The position numbers and the translations under genes are program-made. From contig CM114271.1 in assembly GCA_050084515.1 (NCBI GenBank), positions 38,998,001 to 39,062,000 on the forward strand: a DNA stretch of 64,000 nt, read 5' to 3'. Below the pieces are notes generated by a model. It was not told where the DNA came from, did not search any database, and worked only from the letters and a program-made list of their open reading frames with translations. This document shows, in pieces, positions 37,601 to 50,205 of the stretch. How positions within the stretch are numbered: position 1 is the stretch's first letter; each line of letters opens with the position of its first letter. The stretch comes from Blasia pusilla. Lineage: Eukaryota.

Positions 37601-39286
37601 GCTGAAGCCTCTGCTGCTGTGCCTGCTGATTAACAGCTTGCTGCTGTTGCAGCTGTTGTGGTTGCTGAGCTAATTGCTGAGATGGGTTTGGTTGCTGTGA
37701 TGTATGAGGTTGTTGCGACTGGGTCTGGATTGAACTAGGCTGCTGCTGCCCTTGCTGCAGACCATGTCACCACAAATTCCAGAGAGTAAGGAAACTCATC
37801 GAGTGACACTCCAATTACAGATAATTGTGTAAACATGATAGATGGGATTCATATAAAACTGTTTAAACAGAATCCCAAAATCAACCATGCCGAGACTTCC
37901 TATGCTTCATAGATTAGCAAGAGGTGCAAGGTAATATGAAGTGATATCACATCTTTGAGAACATTGTTTACATTTTTTAAGCAAAGAGTAAAATGAGTTA
38001 TGGCTGCTCTGCATTTGAGAAGGTAAAATTTAATGGAATACTTGTGCCCTTGTGATATCACTACTACTGAATTTGTGCTCATTTGTACATGTCTCTTTAG
38101 TTGATCCCTATGGAAGGTGTGGAGCAGATTATCTTCAATCCAAGCTATGTGATACAAAACTCCACGATTGTCCTTCACAGTAGATAAGACTCTGGAACTG
38201 CCACCTGTTGTTGCTGCACCTGTTGTTGTTGTTGCTGCACCTGTTGTTGTTGTGGTGGTGGTTGTTGTGGTTGTTGTGGGTGTTGTTGTTGTGGTTGTGG
38301 TTGTGGTTGTTGTTGTTGTGGTTGTTGTTGTTGTTGTTGTGGTGGTGGTGGTTGTTGCTGCTGCTGCTGCTGCTTCGCCTGTAACAACTGCTGCTGAATA
38401 AGCTGTTGTTGCAATGTAGATGGCACATTACCTGTCTGGGTGATCAACTGGTTTGTTGGCTGCTGCTGCTGTTGTAAAGTAGGTACCTGTAAGAAGACAA
38501 ATGTCAGGTTTTCTCACCAGTGAAGGCAGAAGTTTATCACTAACATATCATACTCCTACTTTTTCTAACTTTCTACTTGGCTTCTCCACAACAAGCTGTC
38601 CCACTTAGGAAAGAACACAACAACTGTACTGTACCACATGATATCTGAACTGTAGAATTCATAGGAGCCCAATCAGATGAAGTAATCTCAATAAACACAT
38701 ACCACCCATCTCAACCAAAGTCTTGCAGCTATCATACGTACATCATGATTCCGAAAGCCTCCACAAAATTATAGATTTAGGTTTCAGGACAAAATATAGG
38801 AAAAACTCCATTTGAAGTGGAGTACATGAATTCTTCACTCCCAGTTCCTACAAACACCACCTGCTGTTGCTGCTGTTGCTGTTGTTGCTGTTGTTGTTGC
38901 TGTTGTAAAAGATTTGCCTTCATCATTTGCTGCTGCTGCTGCTGCTGCTGTATTCGATGCTGGTAGATCATTTGTTGCTGGTGGACAGATGTCTGGAAGC
39001 AATGAATTAACAAATAAATGAAAAGTGCTCTAAAGTCATGTGCAGACAGAGATATGACTTCTTATCAATTAAAGAAACTTCTGGACAGTCTTAAGTAAAT
39101 GATTGTTCCTCCTTCCAACAGCAAGCTCTTTGCTTCTATCCTATATCAATTTTTAGTCTAGAGAGTACTTTGTCTGGATGACTTGCTTTCTGTAGGTAAA
39201 TGCCATCAATGTAGGGTAAAACTGTGATGTAATCCAGTTACTTCAACCTGGAAGCAAACTAAACAAACTTTACCTGCTGCTGCTGA

Positions 39287-39383
<97 letters not shown>

Positions 39384-40592
39384 GAACCTGCTGTTGTTGC
39401 ACCTGCTGTTGTGCCTGCTGCTGTTGTTGCACCTGGCGCTGCTGCATCTGTTGCTGCAGCCTTTGCGTGCTGAGAAGCATATTTGGAGGCATATTTTGGC
39501 CAGCATTAGCGGTAAGGCTATTTTGAGGCATTCCAGATAAACTGGAGAGAGTCGAACCCAGGCCCGTGGAACTTTGCATCACATTTGCAGAGAGGTTGTT
39601 CTGAAGAGATTGGGCCAACACCTGCTGCCGCTGTTGCACCTGCCCAGTTACCTGTCCAGCCATTTGGAGCCCATTGCTCAAACTTTGAGCCTGATTCTGC
39701 AATAGGAGTGCAGACGCTGCAAATTTGTAGCCAGTCATACATTAGAATATGCCATTTGAAAGCACATGCTAAACTATTCTTCTTGTCAAGCAACCAAACT
39801 GCTGACGATCCCAATATCAAAATTTAAGCTTGTATAAATACATTTATGACATGATACCTGAGTCCATTGGTTTGACACCACCTTGAATACCTGCAAGCCT
39901 TGCCTGAATAGAATTACCTGGAGCTATTTGCGCCTTAGTCTCCAAAGAAAGCATTCTCAAAGATATCTTCCTCAAGTAATCTTGCTGTGAAACAAGGATC
40001 CAAGGTACAACACAATCAGCTTCCCACTAACACAAGGTTACGGACAGCAAATGATACATTCAAGCAGACCAGAGTACAGCTACGCACAGATGTCAGACTT
40101 GAACAACATGCACAACGCAAGAAATTTGTGGAATTGACCTGGTCCGTTGCGGCATGAAAAATTTTTTCCTCAAAACGACAGGAAATTTTCAGCAACTCTC
40201 CCACGTTCTCGGGTAAAGTAGGAGGCATGTGCCTCTGAAGGGTGTCCATTCTGCATTACAAAGCACTACAAGTTAGCCGAGGATCCTCAGCAAGGTGTCT
40301 TTCCATCAATACTGCAATTCCAACTGCTCGCATCAAACATTATTGACCTGAAACACTGCACAGGTTTCGCAAATCCTCCTCCCAAATCATCCGAAGAACA
40401 CGGTGCCTTACTACCGAGAGAGACACGGCGCTTCTCAAATAGACATATAACTCATTCTGTATTGCTCCAATACTTCCCTGCTCGGGATTGACCTGAGAAC
40501 AAATCGGTGGAGACTAAAAGCACTCACATGCGCTTGACAATTTTCTGCCGGGAGTCATGAGGCAAACCGTTCCTCCAGTTGTTGTTATCCAT
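31843..40592 (-). CDS. MED15: Mediator of RNA polymerase II transcription subunit 15a; 15 coding exons: 40592-40528, 40250-40139, 39984-39858, 39716-39274, 38992-38861, 38486-38205, 37754-37595, 37080-37000, 36668-36601, 36146-36072, 35827-34118, 33655-33311, 33124-32945, 32796-32705, 32041-31843 (4071 nt, 1356 aa)
   Basis: N-terminal KIX domain (MDNNNWRNGLPHDSRQKIVKRIMDTLQRH...RFEEKIFHAATDQQDYLRKISLRMLSLETK) and a Q-rich middle. It has the plant MED15a signatures DPLERL, SAPGNGSRAAVGEDL, LLIPPSYPESSP and C-terminal WDKCAR...GGGTFSTTIGMWETFVSAS*. All splice phases are consistent. Confidence 0.93.
34622..34750 (-). repeat. Coding CAG/CAA repeat: 43 consecutive Gln in MED15 exon 11
   Basis: 129 nt of CAG/CAA codons between Ala and His. 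Confidence 0.95.
39289..39384 (-). repeat. Coding CAA/CAG repeat: 32 consecutive Gln in MED15 exon 4, including pure (CAA)19(CAG)9
   Basis: Plus strand has (ctg)9 at 39301-39327 and (ttg)19 at 39328-39384. Confidence 0.95.
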
Positions 40593-42479
40593 CCTGCCTA
40601 ACCACGGCGTATCCTCCAGACAGAAATTTCAAGCGGCAAAATACGTATGATCCTTTCACAGATTCAGCCTGGCTGAGACACTTCGTCCCACTCCACCTCC
40701 ACTCCGAACTAGAGCTTGGAATCGCACCACATCCTATGACGGTGGCGAGATAATTCGCCTTCCACGCAGAGAGGGTGATTTCCACGGTAATCTATGCATA
40801 ATGTTTTGTAACTTACGAGAAATGTTGGACAATGGCAATATCCAGACAACCTACTCCCACAAAGGACCTGCTCCAGCGATGCCACTGCAGACGCTCGAAC
40901 AAGACAAGAAGCCCTCCGTTGAGGTGGAAGCTCGCAAGCACAATCTGCTAATGATTTGGAGATGGCGCTCCACGATGGGGTTGATAATCCGTGCCTGACA
41001 ATTTTCACAGAGCGATCTCCTGCCTCTTCAGAAAACGGGGCAATCGACTAGATTGGTGGCGCTTAACCGACCTCCCAAAGAAAGCAGCGAGATCCCAAAG
41101 ACTCGTACCAATTCTAAACTTGTGAGCAGTGCCGCCCTAGATTGAGCCGGATGAGAAAAATTCAACCGCACTCCACAGAACACCCTTAGTCCAAATTCAC
41201 CACAACAGGGGCATCTAAAAACGAGGGGTTCGCGGAAGACGCTCCCTTCTCATTCGTCTCATCCATACCCATCAACAAACGAACTCTCGAAGTCCACAGT
41301 TCAATCCTCTCGAAAGCTTCCTTGAAAACCACCAGCACATTCCCTGCTAAATCGGCAAGTTTATGACGTATTAACTTCGTAGGTGATTCCACACCCGCAC
41401 CGCGATACGTTCGTCCCGCGATTCCCTCGCCGTCCAGTCTCTCTGGGGATGGACTTACCAAACTCGCACGCAACCTACTGATATCTCCATGAATATTCTG
41501 GCTTATTTAAACACACTTCCTTGAGCCTCCTTGCGCTCCGTCGAAGCGGAAGCGTATGACTGATTAGCAAACATAGCGTGAATTTCCCACCCCGTTTCAT
41601 CCGTTGCTACCCCAGCAGACCAAAACACTACTATGCATAAACCCGCAATCACCGATGTGAGAACCTGCCTGACCCCTTCCGTTCTGCCTTCCTAGTCGAC
41701 CCGTCTTCCCTCGCGACATTCTTCTTGAACTTCGCCAACTAACCCAACCCTAACTAACAAGTATTTTGACTCCTCGTCAGTCCAGCGGAGTCGCTAAATA
41801 CCTGGTCCCGTGTAAAGGGGCCCGTTGCCGGTGCCGAGTACTAATCGGACTCCATCCGACGGCCTAAAACCGGCAACAAATTGATACCTGCAAAAATCTG
41901 CGCCGTGCGAAATCAGAGTACAAAATTACAAACGAATTCTCGACTAAAGTGAAACGGTCTCTCGTGGGGCGGGGTCCAAATCGTACACAATCACATTACG
42001 CAATGAGCTTTTCTTAACCCGTCCATTTAATATTATCACTATTGTGCTTTCTCCGTCATCCATTTTCTTTAAAATCCATGGTGGAACAAGTTTATATCGC
42101 AATTAATGGGCTAACTAATGATAAGTAATTTGAATTACCCCTAGTTATCTCGACCCTATGTGCATATTCATCCTTAGATGCACTATCATAATCATACATA
42201 CACGTAAAGTAAGTAACGTGTCGGTGCTATGCACAATAAACAAAAATGTTTGAAGGACTAGTATATAGCCCGTGAAGGGTAGAAATTCAAACTTTTTTTT
42301 GCCCGTAGCATTCGAAGCGTTTTCTTGCTGCCCAGTTGCCACGTGTCAAGCAAAGAGCTGTTTGCAAATCAAGAAAACACTCTCCCATAATAATGTAGAT
42401 GCCAATGCAAAACATCATAATTCTAGTAGGCTCGCACTAGAATGGAAGCGCATCGGCGTCTCGGGTAGAGGATATGAGT

Positions 42480-43397
42480 TGTAGAAGCGAGACGCGAGTT
42501 GTGATAGGCGTCTAAAATGATGAAGGTCGTGATCTAGTAGAACAAGACCAAACGTCATGCAAGACTTGAGAAGAGCTCAAGTCCCACAAGAGTTGGGCAT
42601 CAAGGGGACTACAAACTGCCTTGGAACTTGACTGAGCGTTTGGGGGTTCTCCATGTTTGAGATCATGATAGCTAGACTCAAGATGAATAAGTGGCGTTGG
42701 AAAGCTTATGGGAAGACAATTCCAACGCACTAAAAATCCAAAAAAAACACACAAGTAGAGATCTAGAAACCATCCCCAAGCTATTGGAATTATAGCTGGG
42801 TTGAAGGCCACAAGAATAGGCCCAAGAGGACTTTCCTAAAGGTAGGAAGGGGATAGGGATCTCTAGAGCTATATATAAGAGGGGAGGGTCTCCAAGGGTG
42901 TTTTGGAACCTGAACCCCACCTTGGGGAACCATGGGGATAAATAAAGAGCATGAGATGGATTAAGAGATTGGCTTTGGGGTTTGAACATTGAGCCAAGTC
43001 CAAGTGGGGCAACTATGGATACCATCCTTTAACCTTGATCTGGTACTCAAATATTGAGACCTGATTAGAGACTCATCCAAGGTCTATTAGGTAGTTTGGA
43101 CCACCAAGCGTACTAATGTCATTTTAGGTTCCTCGACTATTAAGAAAGTCTCTCCCAAGTCTTGAAGGAATTTCCCGTATTAAGGACTGAGGAGTAAGGT
43201 CAATATCTGATCTCGTCTAGATCGGTTAAGCTTAAAGGATAGCCCGAGACCAAAACTCGAGAGACGCAAGGCTTGTTGATCTAAATTGTGGATAATGTGA
43301 GTGTGTTTGGGTGTAGATCACTCTGGAGAGCATGACTAGCTGAACACGAGCTTTTGCGACACATAAGACCGATGTTTATTAGAGTAGGCACATAACA
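42480..43397 (+). mobile_element. Diverged LTR fragment (3' part) related to the 17640-19797 LTR, opposite orientation
   Basis: Shares GACTTGAG..GAGCTCAAGTCCCA..AGAGTTGGG and GTGGCGTTGGAAAGCTTATG with the reverse complement of 17640-18450. Ends GAGTAGGCACATAACA, like GAGTAGGCGTACAACA. Confidence 0.7.
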
Positions 43398-43729
43398 TTA
43401 GATTATGAGAGAATGTATCCCAAGTAGGGCTCAAAAAGCCCTAATCACAAACAAGTATATGCACGTTTGAAACATTTTGGTAGGTGATAATACAACCTAC
43501 ACAATCCGGTAATGTTTGAAACCACGTATGGGTGGAAAATTTTCAAGAAGGAAGTGGGCACTAAGTAGGCAGAGGATGGATAGTGAGTGGAAATGAGGGA
43601 GGGAGCTGAGCTTTGAGATTAGAGCATCGAGGGAGTGAGGGAGGAATATGATGAGCATGAAGCTCTCTATTGTTGTCAAAATGGAGCATTAAACAGGGGA
43701 ATTAAATGTGAAGCTATGAGGAGGGAGCA

Positions 43730-44345
43730 TTATCGTGTGCATACACATTGCTACACAATCCACATCGCTAGTCACATCTACACACCATACAACACCAATC
43801 TTCCCCAACATATGGGTAGATCCACACAAAAATGAAACATACTCACGCATATACACTGGGATCCCACAAAAAAATCAAGAGTAGTAAATATGGCTTACCC
43901 GACCTAAAACTCCACTCATGAATCTACATCGGCATATCGAACCACATCCACCCTCTGCATGAGGGAATTCGGACGCTAGCACCCTAACTCCTACACACCC
44001 ATACACGTCTATGCAAGAGAGGCGCTCCTAAGGCTCAACATGAGAAAGATGGCTTGAGAAAGCCATCTCTCTCACTCTTATACCATTGGGAGCCAAAAGG
44101 CTCTTCCCCCAAAAATAACCCTGCCAACGGTAACCTACGTGCATAGGTTACCGGATGGCCATTGACTCGATCAACATGTCACCTGACGGACTAAAGAAAA
44201 ATAGGAAAATCTTCATAAACGACGTTCCCGACACACCAAACCTGTCGCCAACCTCATTCGACATCTCGGGACGAAGTTACACCCGAACAGCCCGTTGACT
44301 CTCTATGCCTTCGACGCGATAGAACTCTACAGACGTCGAGATAAG
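43730..44345 (-). mobile_element. Distantly related LTR 5'-part fragment
   Basis: ATCGTGTGCATACACATTGCTACACAA (~43732) matches ~19147, and GGTAACCTA is shared with ~19517. Boundaries are approximate. Confidence 0.4.
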
Positions 44346-45169
44346 ATGTGAAAGCATTGAACATGAAGAGGAAGAATAATTTCATACTATCAAAATTTTC
44401 ACTTAGTGCTATTGGTTGTTGAGGTAATATTGTTTAGCTCATTCATTGGAAGCTATTGTCAAAGGTTCAAAATTCTCCTCTCTTGAAGTTTTTTCATTAG
44501 TTCATTTCCTATTCTATATTTTGATGGAAAATTGAATCTAATCTCAATTAAGCTATTGAATATTGGTCGTAAACAGGTTCGAACAATCGGAGTATGTATG
44601 TAGTTCAAATCCCTCCTCCATGCACACTTTGTCTAGTAATGTTAGATGGAGGAAAGAGGAGGCCACAATCCCGCTAAAAAAATTTGATGACTTTCTCAAA
44701 GGGAAGAAAAATAGAAAGAATTTTCACTGTACCTTCAAGATTAATAATTCAAGTGAGAGAACAACATCAAGCACATTTTTCGATATTGATATGCTTCTGG
44801 ACTTTGTGATTTTATAAAAAGGAAAAAAAAAACTAAAAGGTCCCAATAATAAACTCCTTGCTCCTTGGTACATTTGTTTCTTGAGGATGACGATGCTACT
44901 TTTTCAATTGTGATGTGTGTAGAATGACCGTATTTGTGTTTTATTTGATGGATGCATTTGGAACATACAACAAGGATAACAAAATTGATCATAGGATGTT
45001 GGATGAAAGTGCAATTGTAGAAAATGCTCACATTGCATCACATCTATTGAATATATGTCATGAGTTTGTTAAATGTTTGTTGAGATATGGTATTCAACAA
45101 GTAAGATGCAAACCAAGAGGCAGGAGAGGACATAGAAGAGATTGAGAAACAAGGGGGAAAGTAAGGATG

Positions 45170-45456
45170 GATGTTTGGGTCACCTAAAACTAACGCTGAT
45201 GCATACAGACCTTTGCTCCCTAGCTCTATGTGTACAAAGCTAGCATTTGTACTCATGTTGATGAATATTTGTGGTCATCACAATGTCCCCGATGTGTTTG
45301 TTTGGTGGTTATTAGCATTCTTGAAGACAATTGTCTTTTGTGTAGGGAACACGATTCTTGGCATTAAGTATGAGGCAACTAAATTACTGTTGAGTCTTGG
45401 ATTGAATTATACTTGAATTATATACTTGGACTGAATTATACTTGGATCACATTCAT
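45170..45456 (+). mobile_element. CACTA/En-Spm transposase fragment (5' part)
   Basis: LLAFLKTIVFCVGNTILGIKYEATKLLLSLGLNYT resembles the LP.GN.LP...YEAK..L..LGL.Y segment that precedes IHACP in CACTA transposases. Confidence 0.65.
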
Positions 45457-45499
45457 GACATATTAGCACTTGAGTACCATCGGACTCATTCAAGGTTGC

Positions 45500-46370
45500 C
45501 CTCTTCTATATTTGAGGATTTCAGATCTAAATCTTGCAGAGGCCATATTTTTTAGATGGAGAATCATATGAAGCTGAGATTTTGAGGCAATGTGGATTAT
45601 AAAGAGGCGCCTTAGCCCTGAAAATTTTAAGCACAACCGAGTTACAAAGACGAAGTTGTGAGAGATTTTAGTTTCTGCTCTTCTAGATTTGAGGATTTTA
45701 GATCTAAATCTTGCGGAGGCCATATCTTTTGGATGGAGAATCACATGAAGCTGAGATTTTGACGCAATGTAGAGTGTAAAGAGGTGCCCTAGCCTTGCAA
45801 ATTTCAAGCACAACCAAGTCAAAGAGACAAAGTTGTGAGAGATTTGAGTTTTTCCTCTTCTAAATTTGAGGATTTCATATTTGAATCTTGCAGAGGCCAT
45901 ATCTTTCAGATAGAGTATCATATGAAGCTGATATTTTGAGAATATATGGGGTATGAAAATTTGCCATATCCCTGCAAAGTTCAAGCACAATTGAATTACA
46001 AAGATGAAGTTATGAAAGATTTTAGTTTCTAGTTGTTTAGATTTGAGGATTTCAGATCTGAATCTTGCAGAGGCCATATCTTTTAGGTGGAATGTCAGAT
46101 GAAGCTGAGATTTTGAGGAAACATGGAATGTAAAGAGGATCCCTATCCTTGTAAATTGAAAGTATAACCAAGTTACAAAGACGAATTTGTGAGAGATTTG
46201 AGTTTCTGGCCTTCTAGATTTGAGGATTTCAGATCTGAATCTTGAGGAGGCCATATCTTTCAAGTGGAGTATTACATGAAAGTGAAATTTTGAAGAAACG
46301 TGGAGTGTTAAAAGGCGCCCTATTCCTGTGAATTTCAAGTACAACCAACTTCTAGAGCATAAGTTTTGTG
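45500..46370. repeat. Five tandem 177-bp (59-codon) repeats immediately upstream of the LINE ORF
   Basis: GAGGATTT anchor at 45514, 45691, 45868, 46045 and 46222 (period 177). Minus-strand ORF 45490-46410 is open through all copies. Confidence 0.92.
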
Positions 46371-46391
46371 GTGTTGGAGATTCAATAATAC

Positions 46392-49300
46392 TTGATTGGA
46401 GGTCGTGCAATATTGGGATGTTGTGAAATCAACTACATGATGACTACTCAAGACGAAATCTTGAATCTAGTGCAAGTGGTCTGGCATGAATTTAAAGAGC
46501 TTCGACAAACTTCTCAATTGAACCTTGCACATATTCAAATCCGAGAGTTAAAGGCAACGCAAGAGGTTTTGATGAAAATGTTGAAAGATAGCTCTAGTGT
46601 GATGGTGGATCTTTCCAAATTTGTTGCGGATGTTCAAGAGAAGGCATCATCATTAGTGACTACTCCCAATAGTTCACAGATGCAAGGGTTTACTTTGGTG
46701 GGATCGACATGGAACCAAAGAAGGCAACGGGCTGGAAGGGGTTATGGCGGTATTGCTACTTTCATCAGGTCTCAATTTCTAACTTTGATACATCTAGAAG
46801 ATCAAGATATCGTGGGCCAATATCATTGGCTACGTCTTGGTTTGGTTGGGAGATCTTATTATTATTTGGAAGTTTATTATTTTGCACCATTTTCCATGCC
46901 TATCTACTCAACACGCACTTACAATCGAAGTCAATCGTTCCATCGATTTATTAGGGATGTTCTCAAATATCAAAGCAAAAGTGAAGTCTTTCTAGTTGGG
47001 GATTTCAATGCTCGCACACGTACTGCTCAATTTACCCAATTCAGTGATTCCTTGACTTCTCCTCTTCTCAAAGAACATGAGTGATTCCTTGACTTCCCCT
47101 AGAATCTCTTCGATCTTTCTACAAATCCTTTGATAGAGCATTTTTTAACTTTCCGAGCCACTTGTAATTTGAAAGTTCTTAATGGAACCTCTTATTTTCC
47201 CAACTCTCACTCCAATACGTGTTTCTCCTCTACCGGCGCTAGCACCATCGATTATCTTCTGTCCTCGCCCGCTAATAGCTATGTTATCTCTACATTTAAT
47301 ATTCTAGAACCTCAGCCTGAATCAGATCACGCACCTCTTTTATTTACTCTCTCACTATCAAAGGCAATTCCTCTCTCGACATGTCAATTTGTTTTAGCCT
47401 CTCCCAAGTTTCGCTTAGATCTTGGTAAAAAAGATCTTTATATGCTACATTCATAAGAACTCTTCATTCGCATTGTATGGAGCCCAGATCCACACACAGC
47501 AAGTTTGCAACTATCCGAATTGCTAAAAAACACTACATCTAAGTTCTTTTCGCGACATAGGGATAGAAGTGCTAGGAGGTTGCCTTATAATGGGTGGTTT
47601 GACTCTGAATGCAAGCAAGCAAGGGCAAGATCAGTAGATAAATCTTTGGATATCCAAAATCGGCTTATTATGACGAGCCTTTACAAATACTTGGTGAAAT
47701 CTAAGAAAAGAGTTTTCTTGCAGCACAAGCAAGAATCCTTGATAAGGGAGCTGCATGACGATCCCAAATCATTTTGGAGACGGTTAGTAGTACGGTCTTC
47801 AAAACCTACTCTTGATCCCAAGTCTTTGATATCTTTTGCCAAAAAGCTCTATTTCTTTCCCAATGCTACATATATGACACGTTGTGAAGGAATACCTAGC
47901 TTATTCTCTGAAGCAGAGATGATGATTCAACTAAGAAGATTAGCAAATGGTAAATGTGAGGATGTGAATCGTCTTTCTATTGAACTTTTCAAGTGGGGAG
48001 GAGATTCTATTGGACCAATCCTCACCAAAGTATTGGGCGATGCTATTATCTATGGTTTTCCTTCAACCTGGTTGCTACGAGAGATTGTTTTTATTCACAA
48101 ATCAGGAAGGAAGGACTTTGTGACAAACTATCGCACTATCATGGTGGGTAGTATTTTTGCCAAGCTGTTTGGGAAAATTGTGGAGTCAAAGTTGAGCGCA
48201 TGGACAGAGTCTTTCCAAAAGAGAGCATAGGTCCAAGCTGGTTTTTGCCCAACATACAACACCATCGACCATATCTTGACCTTGTGTGTTTTATGGGATA
48301 AATCTAAGGAAATGGGAAAGCTTTGTTTTGCGGTTTCATCGATTTCAAAAAAGCTTTTGATACCGTACCTTGTAAGCTCTTTTGGGATAGGCTGCAAGCC
48401 ATCGGAAAACCACCAAATCCCCTAGCAGCCGTGGTCACTTTATACCATTCCGTTTGGGCCAAGATCAAAGGTTCACAAACTCAAGAGTTGTTGAGTACCA
48501 CCCGGGTCATTCAAGGTTGCCCTCTCTCCCCTACTCTATTTGGAGTTTTCATAGATGAAATCGAAAAGTGGTTGGAGGAATATGATAGTGAAGGTGTCAA
48601 GCTTGGAGACTTTGTCATCAAAGCTCTATTATATGCAAATGATATCATATGACTTGCACGTGATGGCATTAGTTTACAAAAACATCACGACACTTTGGCA
48701 AGGTTTTGTACCCAAAATCAGATGGAGGTTAATATGGAGAAGTCTAAAGTCATTATAGTGGATACTATATCCAAGTTCTCGTTCTTTTACAAAGGTCTAC
48801 AATTAGAACAACTGAAGAGTTACAAATATCTAGGCATTGATTTCTCTCATGACTATAGTTGGGCACTTTGCGTGCAAAAGAAAATAGAAGTTGGTTACAA
48901 AGCTCTATATTCATTTTTAAATCGGTGTAGAAGAGCTCCATCTTGTGTCTTGGGGTCTTAGGAAGTTCTTATTTAGGAGCTTAGTGTTGTCAGTGGTCTT
49001 ATATGGGATCCAATTTTGGGGCCCTAATTGTAAGAAGACAGGTTGGGAGCGCGTGGAGAGGGTGCAAAAGATATTTCTACAAGAAGAATTGGCTGTAAGA
49101 AACCAAACTCCTTATGCTCTTCTTCTTGCGAAAATATGTTGTCTTCCTCTAGAGGCTGAAGCTCTTTACTTCACCATCACTTATATAGCAAGGGTAAGAT
49201 CTCTTCATGTTTCTCGCCTCCCTCCTCAAGCTTTGCAAGCCACACGTTCTATAGGATGGATGGCAGATGTGGTGACTTGGTCTTCAAAGTGGAATATGGC

Positions 49301-49765
49301 GGAACGCGATTGGGACTTGAAACCGATGGCACTCCGCAAGCATCTACATAAGTAATTTCTCAACATTATTTGGAGGAGCCTGGGCACAAAAATGGAGTTT
49401 TATCAACTTCATGTTAATCCTATGCTTGTATATTGTGAACAAGGATACCTACTTGCGTGGATCTCCACGTTCTTATATCATATTATCGCACGACATAGAA
49501 TTGGGTCTCATAGGCTAGGAATTGAGGAAGGACGATGGTTTAATATTGATAGAAGTGCATGAATTTGTAGGTTAAGTGACGGAGAAAATATTGAGGATGA
49601 AGATCATGTGTGTGTTACATGTCCAAGGTATGAAGAGATAAGACTAGCTCGTAAAATATATGTAGAGAATTTGTATACTTTACTACAACTAGTGCCTTAT
49701 GATTTAGGTTGTTATATTAGGGTTGTCATTATTCATCGCTCAAGTGCACTAGGCAGTAGCTAGGA
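46392..49765 (+). mobile_element. LINE (APE endonuclease + RT) non-LTR retrotransposon, disrupted
   Basis: GGIATFIR, VFLVGDFNART, TIDYLL and ESDHAPL (endonuclease); NYRTIMV, FIDFKKAFDTV, QGCPLSPTLF, LLYANDI and YKYLGI (RT); C-terminal GSHRLGIEEGRW...ICRL...IEDEDHVCVTCPRY. Several stops and frameshifts. Confidence 0.92.
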
Positions 49766-49869
49766 TAAGATCTTTAGGATCTTTTTCCGGGAGAGTGAAT
49801 GAATGACTTGTAATGTGTTTTTTAGCCTTTTGACCCTTTGGGTCCCACGGGCTTGATATATTTAACATT

Positions 49870-50205
49870 TATATGCATTCATGCATACCCCCATGGTCAT
49901 CTTCTTTTCAGAGGTGAGAAAGCAAATCGATTGAGTCTCCCAATATGTGGACAACACAAGTATGGAAATGTGGCCACCCAGCCTACAAAGGTACTTCGCC
50001 ATTTTGAAATCATTCCTAGATTTAAACGGATGTATAGTAGTTGGAATATAAGAGTGGGCCTCTCAACCGACGGGGTCAATCCGTTCGGGGACAAGAACAA
50101 TATCTTTTCTTGTTGGCATATAACCTGCTCAATTATAACCTAACTCCCTAATTGACTACAAAGAAGCTTTTGTGTTATTGGTTTAAACTTGCTTATCCCA
50201 AAACC
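49870..50205 (+). mobile_element. CACTA/En-Spm transposase fragment (continuation, Tnp2-like)
   Basis: CIHAYP...LPICGQHKY...PTKVLRHFEIIPRFKRMY..NIRVGLSTDGVNPF...SCW matches the IHACP..CP.C..KVLR.FP..PRL.R..N.RLGL.TDG.NPF CACTA motifs. Confidence 0.8.

Noticed and set aside
34549-39540. Poly-Ala/Val, poly-Leu and poly-Asn/Ser ORFs in the track
   Set aside because: They are alternative-frame or antisense shadows of the MED15 CAG/CAA repeats.
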